Of a stretch of 64,000 bases of DNA, positions 1 to 9,171 are shown one piece after another. The notes under the pieces were generated by a model, which ran no database searches, was not told the origin of the DNA, and saw only the letters and a program-made list of their open reading frames with translations. This stretch comes from a bacterium (GTDB lineage Bacteria; Patescibacteriota; Microgenomatia; Daviesbacterales; UBA10151). The DNA lies in assembly GCA_021786105.1 (NCBI GenBank), contig JAJYNW010000015.1:12685-76684 (forward strand), given 5' to 3'. Positions within the stretch are counted from its first letter, which is position 1, and each line of letters opens with the position of its first letter. The position numbers and the translations under genes were made by a program.

Positions 1-337
1 CCAAAACTTTTCCAAGATTTCCCTTAGTAGTAGGTAAAATAAAAATGTAGTCCAGTCTCGCTAAATCCAAATCCAGTTTATCAGGGGATTCCAAAATCAG
101 GTGGAAGTTGCGGTTTTCTGTGGCCTCTTTTAAATTTCTCTTTTCTCCCTCCTCCAAGTCATCAACTCCGATCACCTGTATTCCCTTATCCAACAGCTTA
201 TCAACCAAATTAGAACCCAAAAATCCTGCGGCTCCCACAACTAAAGCCACCGGACTATTTCGCGAAAGGTTTATACTAGCTTTGCCGATGCTATTATCGG
301 TAATTTCGCCCACGGGTAAATCGTAGCACTCTAACAT
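1..337 (-). CDS. NAD-dependent epimerase/dehydratase, N-terminal part (gene continues beyond window start)
   Basis: Reverse translation from the ATG at 335-337 gives MLECYDLPVGE...VVGAAGFLGSNLVDKLLDKGIQVIGVDD; Rossmann GxxGxxG motif. Runs off the window edge, so it is absent from the ORF track. Confidence 0.55.
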   Translation of the reverse strand, partial: MLECYDLPVGEITDNSIGKASINLSRNSPVALVVGAAGFLGSNLVDKLLDKGIQVIGVDDLEEGEKRNLKEATENRNFHLILESPDKLDLDLARLDYIFILPTTKGNLGKVL

Positions 338-376
338 ATAAAATCAAGAGTACGGAAAGGTGACATTCTATGTCAT

Positions 377-799
377 TTAGCGGGAATCTAAAGCCCAATT
401 GGCCAATTTATCTGCGGCGGTATTTTTTTCCCGGGGCACGTGAGTATAAACTACGCCACCTAACTCTATCGCTAAAATTTTAATTTCTTCAATGATTGGT
501 TTTAGATGGGGGCTTTTAATTTTATACCGGCCGGATAATTGCTCCGCCACCAATTTCGAGTCAGCAAACAATGCCACTTTAACCGGCTCAGCAGAAAACA
601 TTTCCTTAACTTTTTTAAACGCCTCTGAAACTGCAGTGTATTCTGCCACATTATTGGTTGTAGTTCCGATATAGCGACCCTCCTCATAAAGCAACTTACC
701 ACTGCCATCAGAAATAGTAAAACCATAACTGGCCGGTCCAGGATTACCGCGGGAGGCTCCGTCTGTATAGATAATTATTTTCATGTAAATATTCTTCAA
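377..799 (-). CDS. rnhA: Ribonuclease HI
   Basis: IIIYTDGASRGNPGPASYGF N-terminus and overall RNase H fold signature. Confidence 0.85.
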   Translation of the reverse strand: MKNIYMKIIIYTDGASRGNPGPASYGFTISDGSGKLLYEEGRYIGTTTNNVAEYTAVSEAFKKVKEMFSAEPVKVALFADSKLVAEQLSGRYKIKSPHLKPIIEEIKILAIELGGVVYTHVPREKNTAADKLANWALDSR

Positions 800-823
800 A
801 CGTAGTGAGAAGTTTCCTAAAAA

Positions 824-2059
824 TTAAAATAGTTTCCCACGTAAGTTCTCGCTTCGCTCGAACAATAATACCATAATCTGCATGACCAAAATAAGGTATT
901 CAGAGATTACTGTGATCCAGGAAGCGGCAAAGAAAGAATACTTCGGGATATAGATAAAATTTAAAACCAGGTTAAAAATCAACCCCAACGTGTAAAGGAA
1001 AAACAAACTCTTATACTTATTTTTGGCCACCAGCATCCACATCAAAAGTGATGACAAAAAATAGGCCGGAAACCCCAAGGATAATATCTGCAAAGATAAA
1101 GCTGACCCGGCAAATCCTCCGCCGGTTAAAATCTTAATTATTAAAGGCGCAAAAATTAAAGTAAAAATTGTTCCCGTCACAGACAATCCCAGCAATCCCA
1201 TCCCCACCAGCTTTACCTTATTTAAAGATTTCAGCATCATCGGATAATAAGCATTCATAATAAAAGTCGGCAAAACCAGGGCCGACTGAAAAACCGAATA
1301 AGCCGCATTATAAACACCGGCATCCGATATTGATTTATAATAAGCCACCATAAAAGAATCAGCACGGAAATATAACACATTTAAAGACAGCGTCGCCGCG
1401 ATCGGCCAGGATTCTTTAAATAATTTAACGGCATAATTAAAATCAAACAGGGGAACAATCTGACGGACAAATCTGTGCACCAGCAAAAGGGCAGTTAAAG
1501 CAATCGCTACCCAACCCAGTAAATGGGCAATCAGCAATATCGAAACCGGATATTTAGCAAAGGATAGAAATATAAAAATCGCCAGACTAATCAAAGTGCC
1601 CAAGCTTGACGCCAAAACTGACAGGTTATATTTCAGCTCACCCTGAAAAATTAAATTACAGGTGATAAATACCGAGGAGGCGATAATGGCCAGACTGCCA
1701 AAAATCACCGCCCTGTTAAACTCCGGTGTGCTAAACGGCCAAAAGAGGAGTAAGGCTACCGCCAAAACAACCAGTACCATCGACCACAATATTCTGGTTC
1801 CCAGCAATTTCCGCCAGTCTCTACTAATCTGGGACTTGGTCAACCCATTAAATTGACGTAATGCATGGGCATTAAAACCAAAGTCACCTAACAGGTAAAA
1901 AATTGCCAAGTAAGTTAGCGCTAAAGTAAACACTCCGGTGCCGTTCGGTCCATATATCCGAGCCACCAGACCCAAGATGATAAAAGTTGACAGGGAAGTA
2001 ACCCCCTTACCCAATATCTGCCAGCCGGTTTGCTCCAAAATCTTAGGTAGTTTTTGCAT
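824..2059 (-). CDS. Polysaccharide/oligosaccharide flippase family membrane protein (MOP/Wzx-like)
   Basis: 411 aa, about 12 predicted TM helices; typical Wzx/MATE-like composition. Confidence 0.5.
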   Translation of the reverse strand: MQKLPKILEQTGWQILGKGVTSLSTFIILGLVARIYGPNGTGVFTLALTYLAIFYLLGDFGFNAHALRQFNGLTKSQISRDWRKLLGTRILWSMVLVVLAVALLLFWPFSTPEFNRAVIFGSLAIIASSVFITCNLIFQGELKYNLSVLASSLGTLISLAIFIFLSFAKYPVSILLIAHLLGWVAIALTALLLVHRFVRQIVPLFDFNYAVKLFKESWPIAATLSLNVLYFRADSFMVAYYKSISDAGVYNAAYSVFQSALVLPTFIMNAYYPMMLKSLNKVKLVGMGLLGLSVTGTIFTLIFAPLIIKILTGGGFAGSALSLQILSLGFPAYFLSSLLMWMLVAKNKYKSLFFLYTLGLIFNLVLNFIYIPKYSFFAASWITVISEYLILVMQIMVLLFERSENLRGKLF

Positions 2060-2121
2060 TTTTACATTCTAACCAACTTCACAGCTGAAAACAATTAAAA
2101 CACATCTGATATACTGCTGTT

Positions 2122-2661
2122 ATGCCGCTTTACTTTATTACCGGGAGCAAGCATAAATTCTACGAAACCCAAAACCTACTTCCGGATATTAAACAATTAG
2201 ACATCAAACTGCCGGAACTGCAAGAAATTGATGCGCATAAAATCATTTCCGCTAAACTAGAGGAGGCTTTTAACCACCATACCGGTGAATTTATCGTGGA
2301 GGATACCTCACTGCACTTGGACTGCTTAAACGGATTGCCCGGACCCTTAATCAAATGGTTCCTCAAAGCCTTGGGCACTAAAGGCTTATACCAAATTACC
2401 AAAAAACTTGACAACAATCACGCCACTGCCATAACTATCATCGGTTATGCTAAAGACCGCAATCATATCCATTTCGTTGAAGGGGAAGTCACCGGACAAA
2501 TCGTGTCACCCCGGGGCAGTAACGAATTTGGTTGGAACAATATCTTCCAACCTGCCGGCTTTAATAAAACTTTTGCCGAAATGACCACCACGGAAAAAAA
2601 CTCCATTAGCATGAGAGGGTTGGCCGTCAGTAGGCTTAAAAAGTTCTTAGAGAAAACTTAA
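2122..2661 (+). CDS. Non-canonical purine NTP pyrophosphatase (HAM1/RdgB family)
   Basis: MPLYFITGSKHKF start and length match Ham1/ITPase family. Confidence 0.75.
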   Translation: MPLYFITGSKHKFYETQNLLPDIKQLDIKLPELQEIDAHKIISAKLEEAFNHHTGEFIVEDTSLHLDCLNGLPGPLIKWFLKALGTKGLYQITKKLDNNHATAITIIGYAKDRNHIHFVEGEVTGQIVSPRGSNEFGWNNIFQPAGFNKTFAEMTTTEKNSISMRGLAVSRLKKFLEKT

Positions 2662-3867
2662 CGACAATCCCCACACCAAGAAAAATAAACGGTAACCTTG
2701 CGGCAGGGTCAAAAAATAGTGATCAAACATCCCCAAAAAAAGAATCATAAACCAAAGCACTAACGCGACAGGCGACACACGACCAACAATTAGTTTCTTG
2801 ATTGGATAACTAATAAAAAGTAAAAAACCGGCCAAACCAATAATCCCGGTTTCCGACAAAACCAGAAGAATTATATTATGCACTGGCTGCAAAAACCGGC
2901 TGGGCCCGGTCAGCAGATCCCCGGCTGAGACAGGAACAAAATTATTTAACCCCACCCCAAAAACAGGTTTTGCCAAAAACATTTGCCAAGCACTGCCCAT
3001 TAGCTCCTCCCGCCGCAACAGCGTTAAGCTGTCAAAATTGAATAAACTAGTAAACCTGGTAAAAAGAATGGGGGAAAGCATAAGTGTTATCACTATTATA
3101 GCCGTGAGCCATTTTCTTCTTAAAACAGTTAGTGCAATAAACCCAGCCAGTATTGCCACCCGGGACATCGACAAAAAAACAGCTAAGCAACCCAGCATTA
3201 AGCTTAATCTGGAAACTCTTTGTTTTTCCCTTAACACTAAATACATAATACCTACTCCAATTAGGATGTAAGCTGCCAATAAATTGGGATGGGGAAATGT
3301 AGCATATGGTCTCAAAAACTGATAGCCATAAAAATCAAACTTGGCAATGCCTGGGGTAGACAAAGTAAAAGCTCTTTCTCCCAAAACCCACAGCCCCAAG
3401 GTAGAGCCCTTTAAAAATTGTAGCAGGGCAATTGCCGATTCCCCAACGATCCCTAAACTTAAGGGCAGAAGAATCTTTTTCGACAAGCTTTTAAAATCCC
3501 CAGAGGCCAGAAAAACTCCAAAAAATCCGGCTACAGTATATTGCTCCAGCCTGACCAATCCCGCCCCCAAATTTTGGGCACCCATCAGCGACAAGGCTTG
3601 GGTAAACAAAAAAAGTAATAATAAATTTAGAGCTAATTTGTTAATATGCGGCTTCTGGCAAAACCATATCACCAGCAGTCCTATTACCAAAATATCCCAA
3701 AAATACAAAGTAGGGGACAAATAATCAATTTTTAGGGAATAAATATAGGCAAACTCAGGCCACAAATGTTTGCCAAGTTGAGTGGGTAAAAAAAGCAGGG
3801 TTAAAAACCAAAGAGAATTTTCAATCCTCTTTAGTTTCAGCATCTGGTTTTTCTTCAGCAGATTCAT
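2647..3867 (-). CDS. O-antigen ligase-like polytopic membrane protein
   Basis: 406 aa, many TM helices with a large periplasmic loop, adjacent to the flippase. Confidence 0.45.
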   Translation of the reverse strand: MNLLKKNQMLKLKRIENSLWFLTLLFLPTQLGKHLWPEFAYIYSLKIDYLSPTLYFWDILVIGLLVIWFCQKPHINKLALNLLLLFLFTQALSLMGAQNLGAGLVRLEQYTVAGFFGVFLASGDFKSLSKKILLPLSLGIVGESAIALLQFLKGSTLGLWVLGERAFTLSTPGIAKFDFYGYQFLRPYATFPHPNLLAAYILIGVGIMYLVLREKQRVSRLSLMLGCLAVFLSMSRVAILAGFIALTVLRRKWLTAIIVITLMLSPILFTRFTSLFNFDSLTLLRREELMGSAWQMFLAKPVFGVGLNNFVPVSAGDLLTGPSRFLQPVHNIILLVLSETGIIGLAGFLLFISYPIKKLIVGRVSPVALVLWFMILFLGMFDHYFLTLPQGYRLFFLVWGLSLSFL

Positions 3868-4330
3868 CTTTACCAGCCGGCTGACTTGCAGGTTTTATCA
3901 CAATGTGTCTGTCTCGACCCTCTCCCACGCTTTCACTCTCTACGCCGTCCATTTCCGAAATTACCATATGGACAATTCTTCTTTGCCAAGCAGATTGCGG
4001 TTCCAGCTCAATTTCTTTGCCGCTTTCCACTACCTGTTTACCCCAGCTTTCTGCATCCTTAGCCAAATCTTCCTCTTTTTGCTTTCTCCAACCCTCTACA
4101 TCTATCACCACTCTTTTAAACCCCTCTTCTCCCACTTTTCTGGAAAGCATTTGGTTAACTAGTAATTGCAAAGCATCCAAGGATTCACCCCTAGCTCCGA
4201 TTAGCCTACCGGCATCTTTGGTTTCGATAGACACCAGAAAACTGTCGTCGCCTTCTTCGATCTCATAACTGCCTTCTAAAAGCAGCATTCCTAATAGATT
4301 GTCTAAAATATCTGATAATTGTTGTTCCAT
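3821..4330 (-). CDS. jag: Jag/SpoIIIJ-associated RNA-binding protein (KH + R3H domains)
   Basis: Jag N-terminal domain; LIGARGESLDALQ KH-like and R3H-like C-terminus; conserved position after yidC. Confidence 0.7.
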   Translation of the reverse strand: MEQQLSDILDNLLGMLLLEGSYEIEEGDDSFLVSIETKDAGRLIGARGESLDALQLLVNQMLSRKVGEEGFKRVVIDVEGWRKQKEEDLAKDAESWGKQVVESGKEIELEPQSAWQRRIVHMVISEMDGVESESVGEGRDRHIVIKPASQPAGKDESAEEKPDAETKED

Positions 4331-4333
4331 AAA

Positions 4334-5173
4334 TTATTTTCCTAGACTCTTGACTCTAGTCACTAGACTCTCTAATCCGCCCCAGCCGGAAATCCGATGC
4401 TGTTGGATTATTCCCAGTATTGTATACGTATTCCAATAAATTGCAAGCCCCGCCGGAAAAGAGAAAGCAAAATAGCCAATCATGATCGGCATCAAATACA
4501 CCATTTGAGACTGAACCTGAGTCATGCTTTCTTCTACAGTTTCTTTCTCCTTCTTCTCTTTGGATGAATCAGTCGGGTAAGGCTTAACCGGTTTCGGCAA
4601 AGTCATCTGCGACTGAATAAAAGTTAAGACTGCTGTCAGCAGGGGGATTAACAACAAAAAAACACCATGACTGTCAAACTGTGAAGGCCTGATACCTAAA
4701 TTAATGCCAAAAAAATTCGGGTCAATGGTGGCCGGCAGTTTCAGTTGGGGAAAATATAGTAAAGAGTTAATTTTATCCAGGTGGCCGCCTGCTCCCGGCA
4801 AGATATTAATGATTGATTGATAAAGGGCAATAAAAACCGGAATCTGGATTACCGCCGGCAAACAGCCACCAGCCGGGTTGACCCCGTGTTCCTTATAAAG
4901 CGCCATTTGGGCAGCAGCCAAGGCTTGCTTATCGTCTTTAAGTTTTACCTTTAAAGCATCCAAGTGAGGTTTTAGCTCCGCCATCTTTTTAGTCGCCTTC
5001 ATTTGAGAAGCCATAAACGGCCAAACCAAAAGTCTAATTAATACAGTTAAAATCAGGATGGAAAAACCCAAGGCTCCGGGAATATGCAATCCTTGCAAAC
5101 CTTGAAATATTAATACCAGTAAATTTATCACTGGAGCAAAAAATATTAAATTAAAAATATCACCAATGTTCAT
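4334..5173 (-). CDS. yidC: Membrane protein insertase YidC/Oxa1
   Basis: 60-kDa inner-membrane insertase signature; 5 TM helices; operon with rnpA and yidD; C-terminal 12 aa are encoded by a palindromic repeat. Confidence 0.85.
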   Translation of the reverse strand: MNIGDIFNLIFFAPVINLLVLIFQGLQGLHIPGALGFSILILTVLIRLLVWPFMASQMKATKKMAELKPHLDALKVKLKDDKQALAAAQMALYKEHGVNPAGGCLPAVIQIPVFIALYQSIINILPGAGGHLDKINSLLYFPQLKLPATIDPNFFGINLGIRPSQFDSHGVFLLLIPLLTAVLTFIQSQMTLPKPVKPYPTDSSKEKKEKETVEESMTQVQSQMVYLMPIMIGYFAFSFPAGLAIYWNTYTILGIIQQHRISGWGGLESLVTRVKSLGK

Positions 5174-5178
5174 AATAT

Positions 5179-5379
5179 TTATCTACAACTCCAAATTCTT
5201 TGAGCACCCATTTTAACACCTTGAACTACCCCATGTTTTACAATCATTCGTTTAGCATACTCAGAACAACTGACTTCGTAACGGCAAGCCCCGCCCGGAG
5301 CAAAAATAGCCAAAACTCCTTTATCAAAAGAAAGGAACGCCTGATAAAAATCAATTATGCTAACCAATAATTTTTTCAC
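5179..5379 (-). CDS. yidD: Membrane protein insertion efficiency factor YidD
   Basis: 66 aa with FYQAFLSF and CRYEVSCSEYA motifs typical of YidD. Confidence 0.75.
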   Translation of the reverse strand: MKKLLVSIIDFYQAFLSFDKGVLAIFAPGGACRYEVSCSEYAKRMIVKHGVVQGVKMGAQRIWSCR

Positions 5380-5698
5380 TTTGTAATATTGCCTCCAGAT
5401 CCAAAAGAACGTCTCCTAATTTTACCTCAATTACCCCGGCCTTGGGAAGAGCGACTATATTAATAGCAGACGGCAGGCTAGAGTAAAGAGACCCAAAAGC
5501 CGCTGATACTACTCTTTTTGCTTTATTCCGATCTGTAGCTTTTTTGAAAACCTTCGAAGAAACTGCCACTCCTACCTTAGGAAATTCGTTGTTTCCCATT
5601 TTGATAAACAGCTTTAAATACTTTGTTTCCAATTTCTTACCGGCCGCTACCCACTTAAAATCTTTTTTTAAATTTAGTCTTTGAGGCTTAGGAAGCAT
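5360..5698 (-). CDS. rnpA: RNase P protein component
   Basis: Basic 112-aa protein between rpmH and yidD; conserved gene order. Confidence 0.75.
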   Translation of the reverse strand: MLPKPQRLNLKKDFKWVAAGKKLETKYLKLFIKMGNNEFPKVGVAVSSKVFKKATDRNKAKRVVSAAFGSLYSSLPSAINIVALPKAGVIEVKLGDVLLDLEAILQSEKIIG

Positions 5699-5835
5699 TA
5701 AACTGTCAGTCGAGCTCTACCCGTTGTCCTTCTTCTCTTTAAGACCTTCTGTCCGCCAGCAGTTGCTGTCCTGGCTCTGAAACCGTGTTTTCTTTGCCTT
5801 TTTAATTTTTTTGGCTGATAAGTTCTTTTTGGCAT
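5698..5835 (-). CDS. rpmH: 50S ribosomal protein L34
   Basis: Reverse translation gives [45 protein letters not shown] (45 aa), a canonical L34. Stop overlaps the rnpA start (TAATG). Below the ORF-track size cutoff. Confidence 0.85.
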   Translation of the reverse strand: MPKRTYQPKKLKRQRKHGFRARTATAGGQKVLKRRRTTGRARLTV

Positions 5836-5953
5836 ATTGGAAGTATATCATAACTTGATCTACTTTTTAATAGTTCCTCTATATTGCGTGAAAAGAAACG
5901 GTAGATTAAATTGTGGATAACTTTTCAACAGTTCGATAAACTCACTGTAAACT
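5836..5953. promoter_or_regulatory. dnaA upstream region with DnaA boxes (oriC part / dnaA promoter)
   Basis: Perfect TGTGGATAA box at 5912-5920 and TATGGATAA overlapping the dnaA start; divergent rpmH/dnaA promoters. Confidence 0.5.
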
Positions 5954-7285
5954 ATGGATAATTTAAGGCTTTGGCACAAATTTTTAGAATCTGTTAAATC
6001 TGAGGTCGGTCCGGCCAACTATAAAGCCTGGTTTTTAAAAACCTCCCTAAAAAGCTTTACGGAAGAAAAAGTTATTCTCTCTACTCCCAATGCTTTTATT
6101 AAAGAAACTTTAAATCAAAAATATCTATCGATTATTGAAGCGAATTTTGAAAAACTGATTGGCAAAAGAGTATCGATTGAATTTATTATCAAAGAAACTG
6201 AAGCTACAATAGAGGAGGAGCCAGCGGAAGAAGACTTTTTCCAACCAGTCCAAGCCCCGGTCTCTGTTTTAAACCCCAAGTATACCTTATCCAACTATGT
6301 CGTCGGCCCCTCTAATAATGTAGCTTACGCCGCCGCCCAGGCCATTGTCCAAAACCCCGGTACCTCTTACAACCCGCTATTTATTTATGGCGGCACTGGA
6401 GTAGGTAAGACTCACTTAATGCTTGGCATCGGCAACGGAATTTTAATCAAAAAACCCCACGCCAAAATTATCTATGCTCCTTCAGAAAAATTTATGAATG
6501 ATTATGTAGCAGCTATCCAGACTAATAAAATGAGGGATTTGCGAAACAAATACCGCTCCCCGGATGTATTGCTGGTAGATGATATTCAATTTTTCTCCGG
6601 CCGGGAAGGTACCCAGGAAGAATTTTTCCACACCTTTAATGAATTGATCGGTAAAAACTGCCAAATTGTTTTGACCTCGGATAAATCACCTCACGAAATT
6701 GCCAAACTGGAAGATCGGCTTAAATCCCGTTTTGCCGGCGGGTTAATGATCGATATTCAAACCCCTGACTTTGATACCAGGGTAGCCATTCTGCGCTCAA
6801 AGTGTTTGGAGCATAAAGTCAACCTGCCGGAAGAAACTTTGAAAATATTGGCTGCATCTTTTGAAACCAACATCAGGGAACTGGAAGGACAATTAGTTGG
6901 CATCCTACAGCTTCTTCAGGCTCAAAACCTGCCTCCCACTACTGAAAATATCAGCCGGCATTTACAAACTAAAGCTCCTACCCAAAACGGTTTTAAGGTT
7001 GAACCCAAAAAAGTTTTGGAAACCGTCTGTCAGTATTTTAACCTTAACCAAAAAGAGCTAATCGGATCAAGGCGGCAAAAGGAATTGGTTCTACCGAGAC
7101 ATATCACTATGTTTATCTTAAGTGAACACTTAAATTTAACTGTGGAAAAAATCGGACAAGTCTTAGGCGGTCGGGACCATACTACAGTTATGCACGGACG
7201 GGACAAAATCAAGAAAATGGTGAATCAGGATAGGGAAGTACAACGGATGTTAATTGAGATTAAACAAAAGTTGATGGCCGCCTAA
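5954..7285 (+). CDS. dnaA: Chromosomal replication initiator DnaA
   Basis: Walker A GGTGVGKTHL, AAA+ domain and C-terminal DnaA-box binding domain (VMHGRDKI). Confidence 0.95.
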   Translation: MDNLRLWHKFLESVKSEVGPANYKAWFLKTSLKSFTEEKVILSTPNAFIKETLNQKYLSIIEANFEKLIGKRVSIEFIIKETEATIEEEPAEEDFFQPVQAPVSVLNPKYTLSNYVVGPSNNVAYAAAQAIVQNPGTSYNPLFIYGGTGVGKTHLMLGIGNGILIKKPHAKIIYAPSEKFMNDYVAAIQTNKMRDLRNKYRSPDVLLVDDIQFFSGREGTQEEFFHTFNELIGKNCQIVLTSDKSPHEIAKLEDRLKSRFAGGLMIDIQTPDFDTRVAILRSKCLEHKVNLPEETLKILAASFETNIRELEGQLVGILQLLQAQNLPPTTENISRHLQTKAPTQNGFKVEPKKVLETVCQYFNLNQKELIGSRRQKELVLPRHITMFILSEHLNLTVEKIGQVLGGRDHTTVMHGRDKIKKMVNQDREVQRMLIEIKQKLMAA

Positions 7286-7470
7286 AGTTATCCACCAGGT
7301 TTTACCACTTTTCCACAATCTATCCACTGCTAATAAACAAGCCGTAAACACGAAAATTTACCAAAAAGCGAAGCTAGTTTTCGACTTACCAACATATCCA
7401 CCAACTATACTAATACTACTAATGTTTAATAAATTATGTAGTATAATCGAACATACCTGTGGATAACTTC
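7286..7470. promoter_or_regulatory. Candidate oriC: DnaA-box cluster plus AT-rich unwinding stretch
   Basis: TTATCCACC 7288-7296, TTTTCCACA 7309-7317, CTATCCACT 7320-7328, ATATCCACC 7394-7402, TGTGGATAA 7458-7466; AT-rich 7400-7450. Confidence 0.5.
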
Positions 7471-7914
7471 AACTGGGCGCTGATTACAGCCTTATTCTTA
7501 CTTTTAATAATAGCTTATTTAATCGGAAGACTTCATAACAGAAAGTCAGCAGATATACCCACCGACTTAATTGATCTGTATAAAGGAGTGCAGGATTTAC
7601 CAGCCCGAGTTTTACAAACCATTCAGGGGTCAATTAATCCCCAAAAGGGTAAGATGGCTGAGCTGCTAACTTATGCAGAATTACGTTATGATTATGACCG
7701 AATTGTGCCGTTGGGTTGGCCAATTGATTTTATTGGTATTAAAAATAATGAACGGATTGACTTTATCGAGGTTAAGTCCGGTCAATTTCATGTCTTGACA
7801 GAAGAGGAAAAACACATTAAAAACCTTATAGCTGCCGGCCGGGTTAATTTTAGGTTAATCAAAGTGACTGAAGAAGAAGTTCAAAGGTTCGTTTCTGCTC
7901 GGGAAAGGAAATAA
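7459..7914 (+). CDS. Membrane-anchored Hjc-like PD-(D/E)xK nuclease (Holliday junction resolvase family)
   Basis: N-terminal TM helix; AELLTYAEL...PIDFIGIKNNERIDFIEVKSG matches the E...D...E-x-K pattern of archaeal Hjc. Confidence 0.45.
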   Translation: MDNFNWALITALFLLLIIAYLIGRLHNRKSADIPTDLIDLYKGVQDLPARVLQTIQGSINPQKGKMAELLTYAELRYDYDRIVPLGWPIDFIGIKNNERIDFIEVKSGQFHVLTEEEKHIKNLIAAGRVNFRLIKVTEEEVQRFVSARERK

Positions 7915-7989
7915 TAGCTATCAGTCATCAGCTTTCAGCTATCAGATTTAAAAAGTCTGAAGACTGACGACTGAAGACTGACGACTGAT

Positions 7990-9090
7990 ATGAAATTTAC
8001 TGTATTACAACAAGACTTACTACCTTCTCTGCAGGCAGCAGCCAGATCAGTAGGTGTCAGGTCCACCCTGCCGGTTTTAGATAACATCTTACTCTCGGTT
8101 GAAAGCAAAAAGTTAAAGATCGCTGCAACCAATTTAGAAGTGGGGGTGATTAAATATATTAACGTGGAAGAGGAAAGTCCCGGGGAAATTACTGTTCCGG
8201 CCAAAACTTTAGTAGAGTTGGTGTCCGGATTAGGACCAGATAAGCTGAGTATAGTAGCAGAGGGTGAAGTGTTAACGGTTGAGTCCGGCAAACTAAAAGC
8301 TTCCATTAATGGTATTTCGGCTGGTGAATTTCCGGTTATTCCTTTATCTTCCGGCTCCGGTGTTGATTTTCCCAAAGCAGCCTTTTTAACCTCTTCCCAG
8401 ATTTTATTTGCCTCAGCAGTTGATGAGGGTCGGCCGGTTCTAACCGGGATTTTCACGGAAGTTAACGACGGCAAGCTAGACTTTGTGGCTACTGATGGTT
8501 TTAGGTTGGCTCACCGCCGGTTGGAAGTACCTAAAGATCAAGCTCAGTTTAGAAGCTTGATTCCCCGGCGGACCTTTGAAGAGGTGTTGCGATTGATGTC
8601 AGAAGAAGATGTAGATCAGGTTAATATTGCCACTTCCCAAAATCAAAACCAGATTGTCTTTACTTTAGGTAATACCATTGTCTCGTCTCGCTTGATTGAG
8701 GGACAATTCCCGGCCTGGGGTAAGATTATCCCGCAAAAAATTGTAGCCAGAGCCATGGTGGAGAAGGATGAACTGTTAAAAGCGATTAAACTGGCCGCTA
8801 TCTTTGCCAAAAATGAAGCTAATATTGTGGTTCTGACTACCAAAAAAGGTCTCTTGAAATTAGAATCTCATACCAAAGAAGTTGGCAGCCAGGAAAATGA
8901 GATTGAAGGCGAGATTGAGGGTGAGGAGCTAAAGATTGCTTTTAATACCAAATTTCTACTCGATGCTGTGTCTAACTCTCCTGCCACCAAAGTGATGATG
9001 GAATTTTCCGGCCCTTTGTCTGCAGCTATTATTAAACCGGTTGGAGTTGAGGGGTTGGAATATATTGTGATGCCGGTTAGACTGAGTTAA
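7990..9090 (+). CDS. dnaN: DNA polymerase III beta sliding clamp
   Basis: 366 aa, three-domain clamp, immediately after dnaA. Confidence 0.9.
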   Translation: MKFTVLQQDLLPSLQAAARSVGVRSTLPVLDNILLSVESKKLKIAATNLEVGVIKYINVEEESPGEITVPAKTLVELVSGLGPDKLSIVAEGEVLTVESGKLKASINGISAGEFPVIPLSSGSGVDFPKAAFLTSSQILFASAVDEGRPVLTGIFTEVNDGKLDFVATDGFRLAHRRLEVPKDQAQFRSLIPRRTFEEVLRLMSEEDVDQVNIATSQNQNQIVFTLGNTIVSSRLIEGQFPAWGKIIPQKIVARAMVEKDELLKAIKLAAIFAKNEANIVVLTTKKGLLKLESHTKEVGSQENEIEGEIEGEELKIAFNTKFLLDAVSNSPATKVMMEFSGPLSAAIIKPVGVEGLEYIVMPVRLS

Positions 9091-9096
9091 TTCCTT

Positions 9097-9170
9097 TTTG
9101 TCATCCTGAGGCGATTAGCCGAAGGATCTCAAGACTAATCTAGATTCTTCGCTTCGCTCAGAATGACAAT
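9097..9170. repeat. Imperfect inverted repeat/hairpin of the gtcatcctgagcgaagcgaagg family (terminator-like)
   Basis: gtcatcctgaggcgattagccgaaggatct ... agattcttcgcttcgctcagaatgac; related copies at 39577-39660 and 40597-40632. Confidence 0.45.
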
Positions 9171-9171
9171 T

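Noticed and set aside
108-326. 72-aa plus-strand ORF at the window start
   Set aside because: It is antisense to a clear epimerase/dehydratase reading frame (GAAGFLGSNLV Rossmann motif) on the minus strand, so it is likely a spurious shadow ORF
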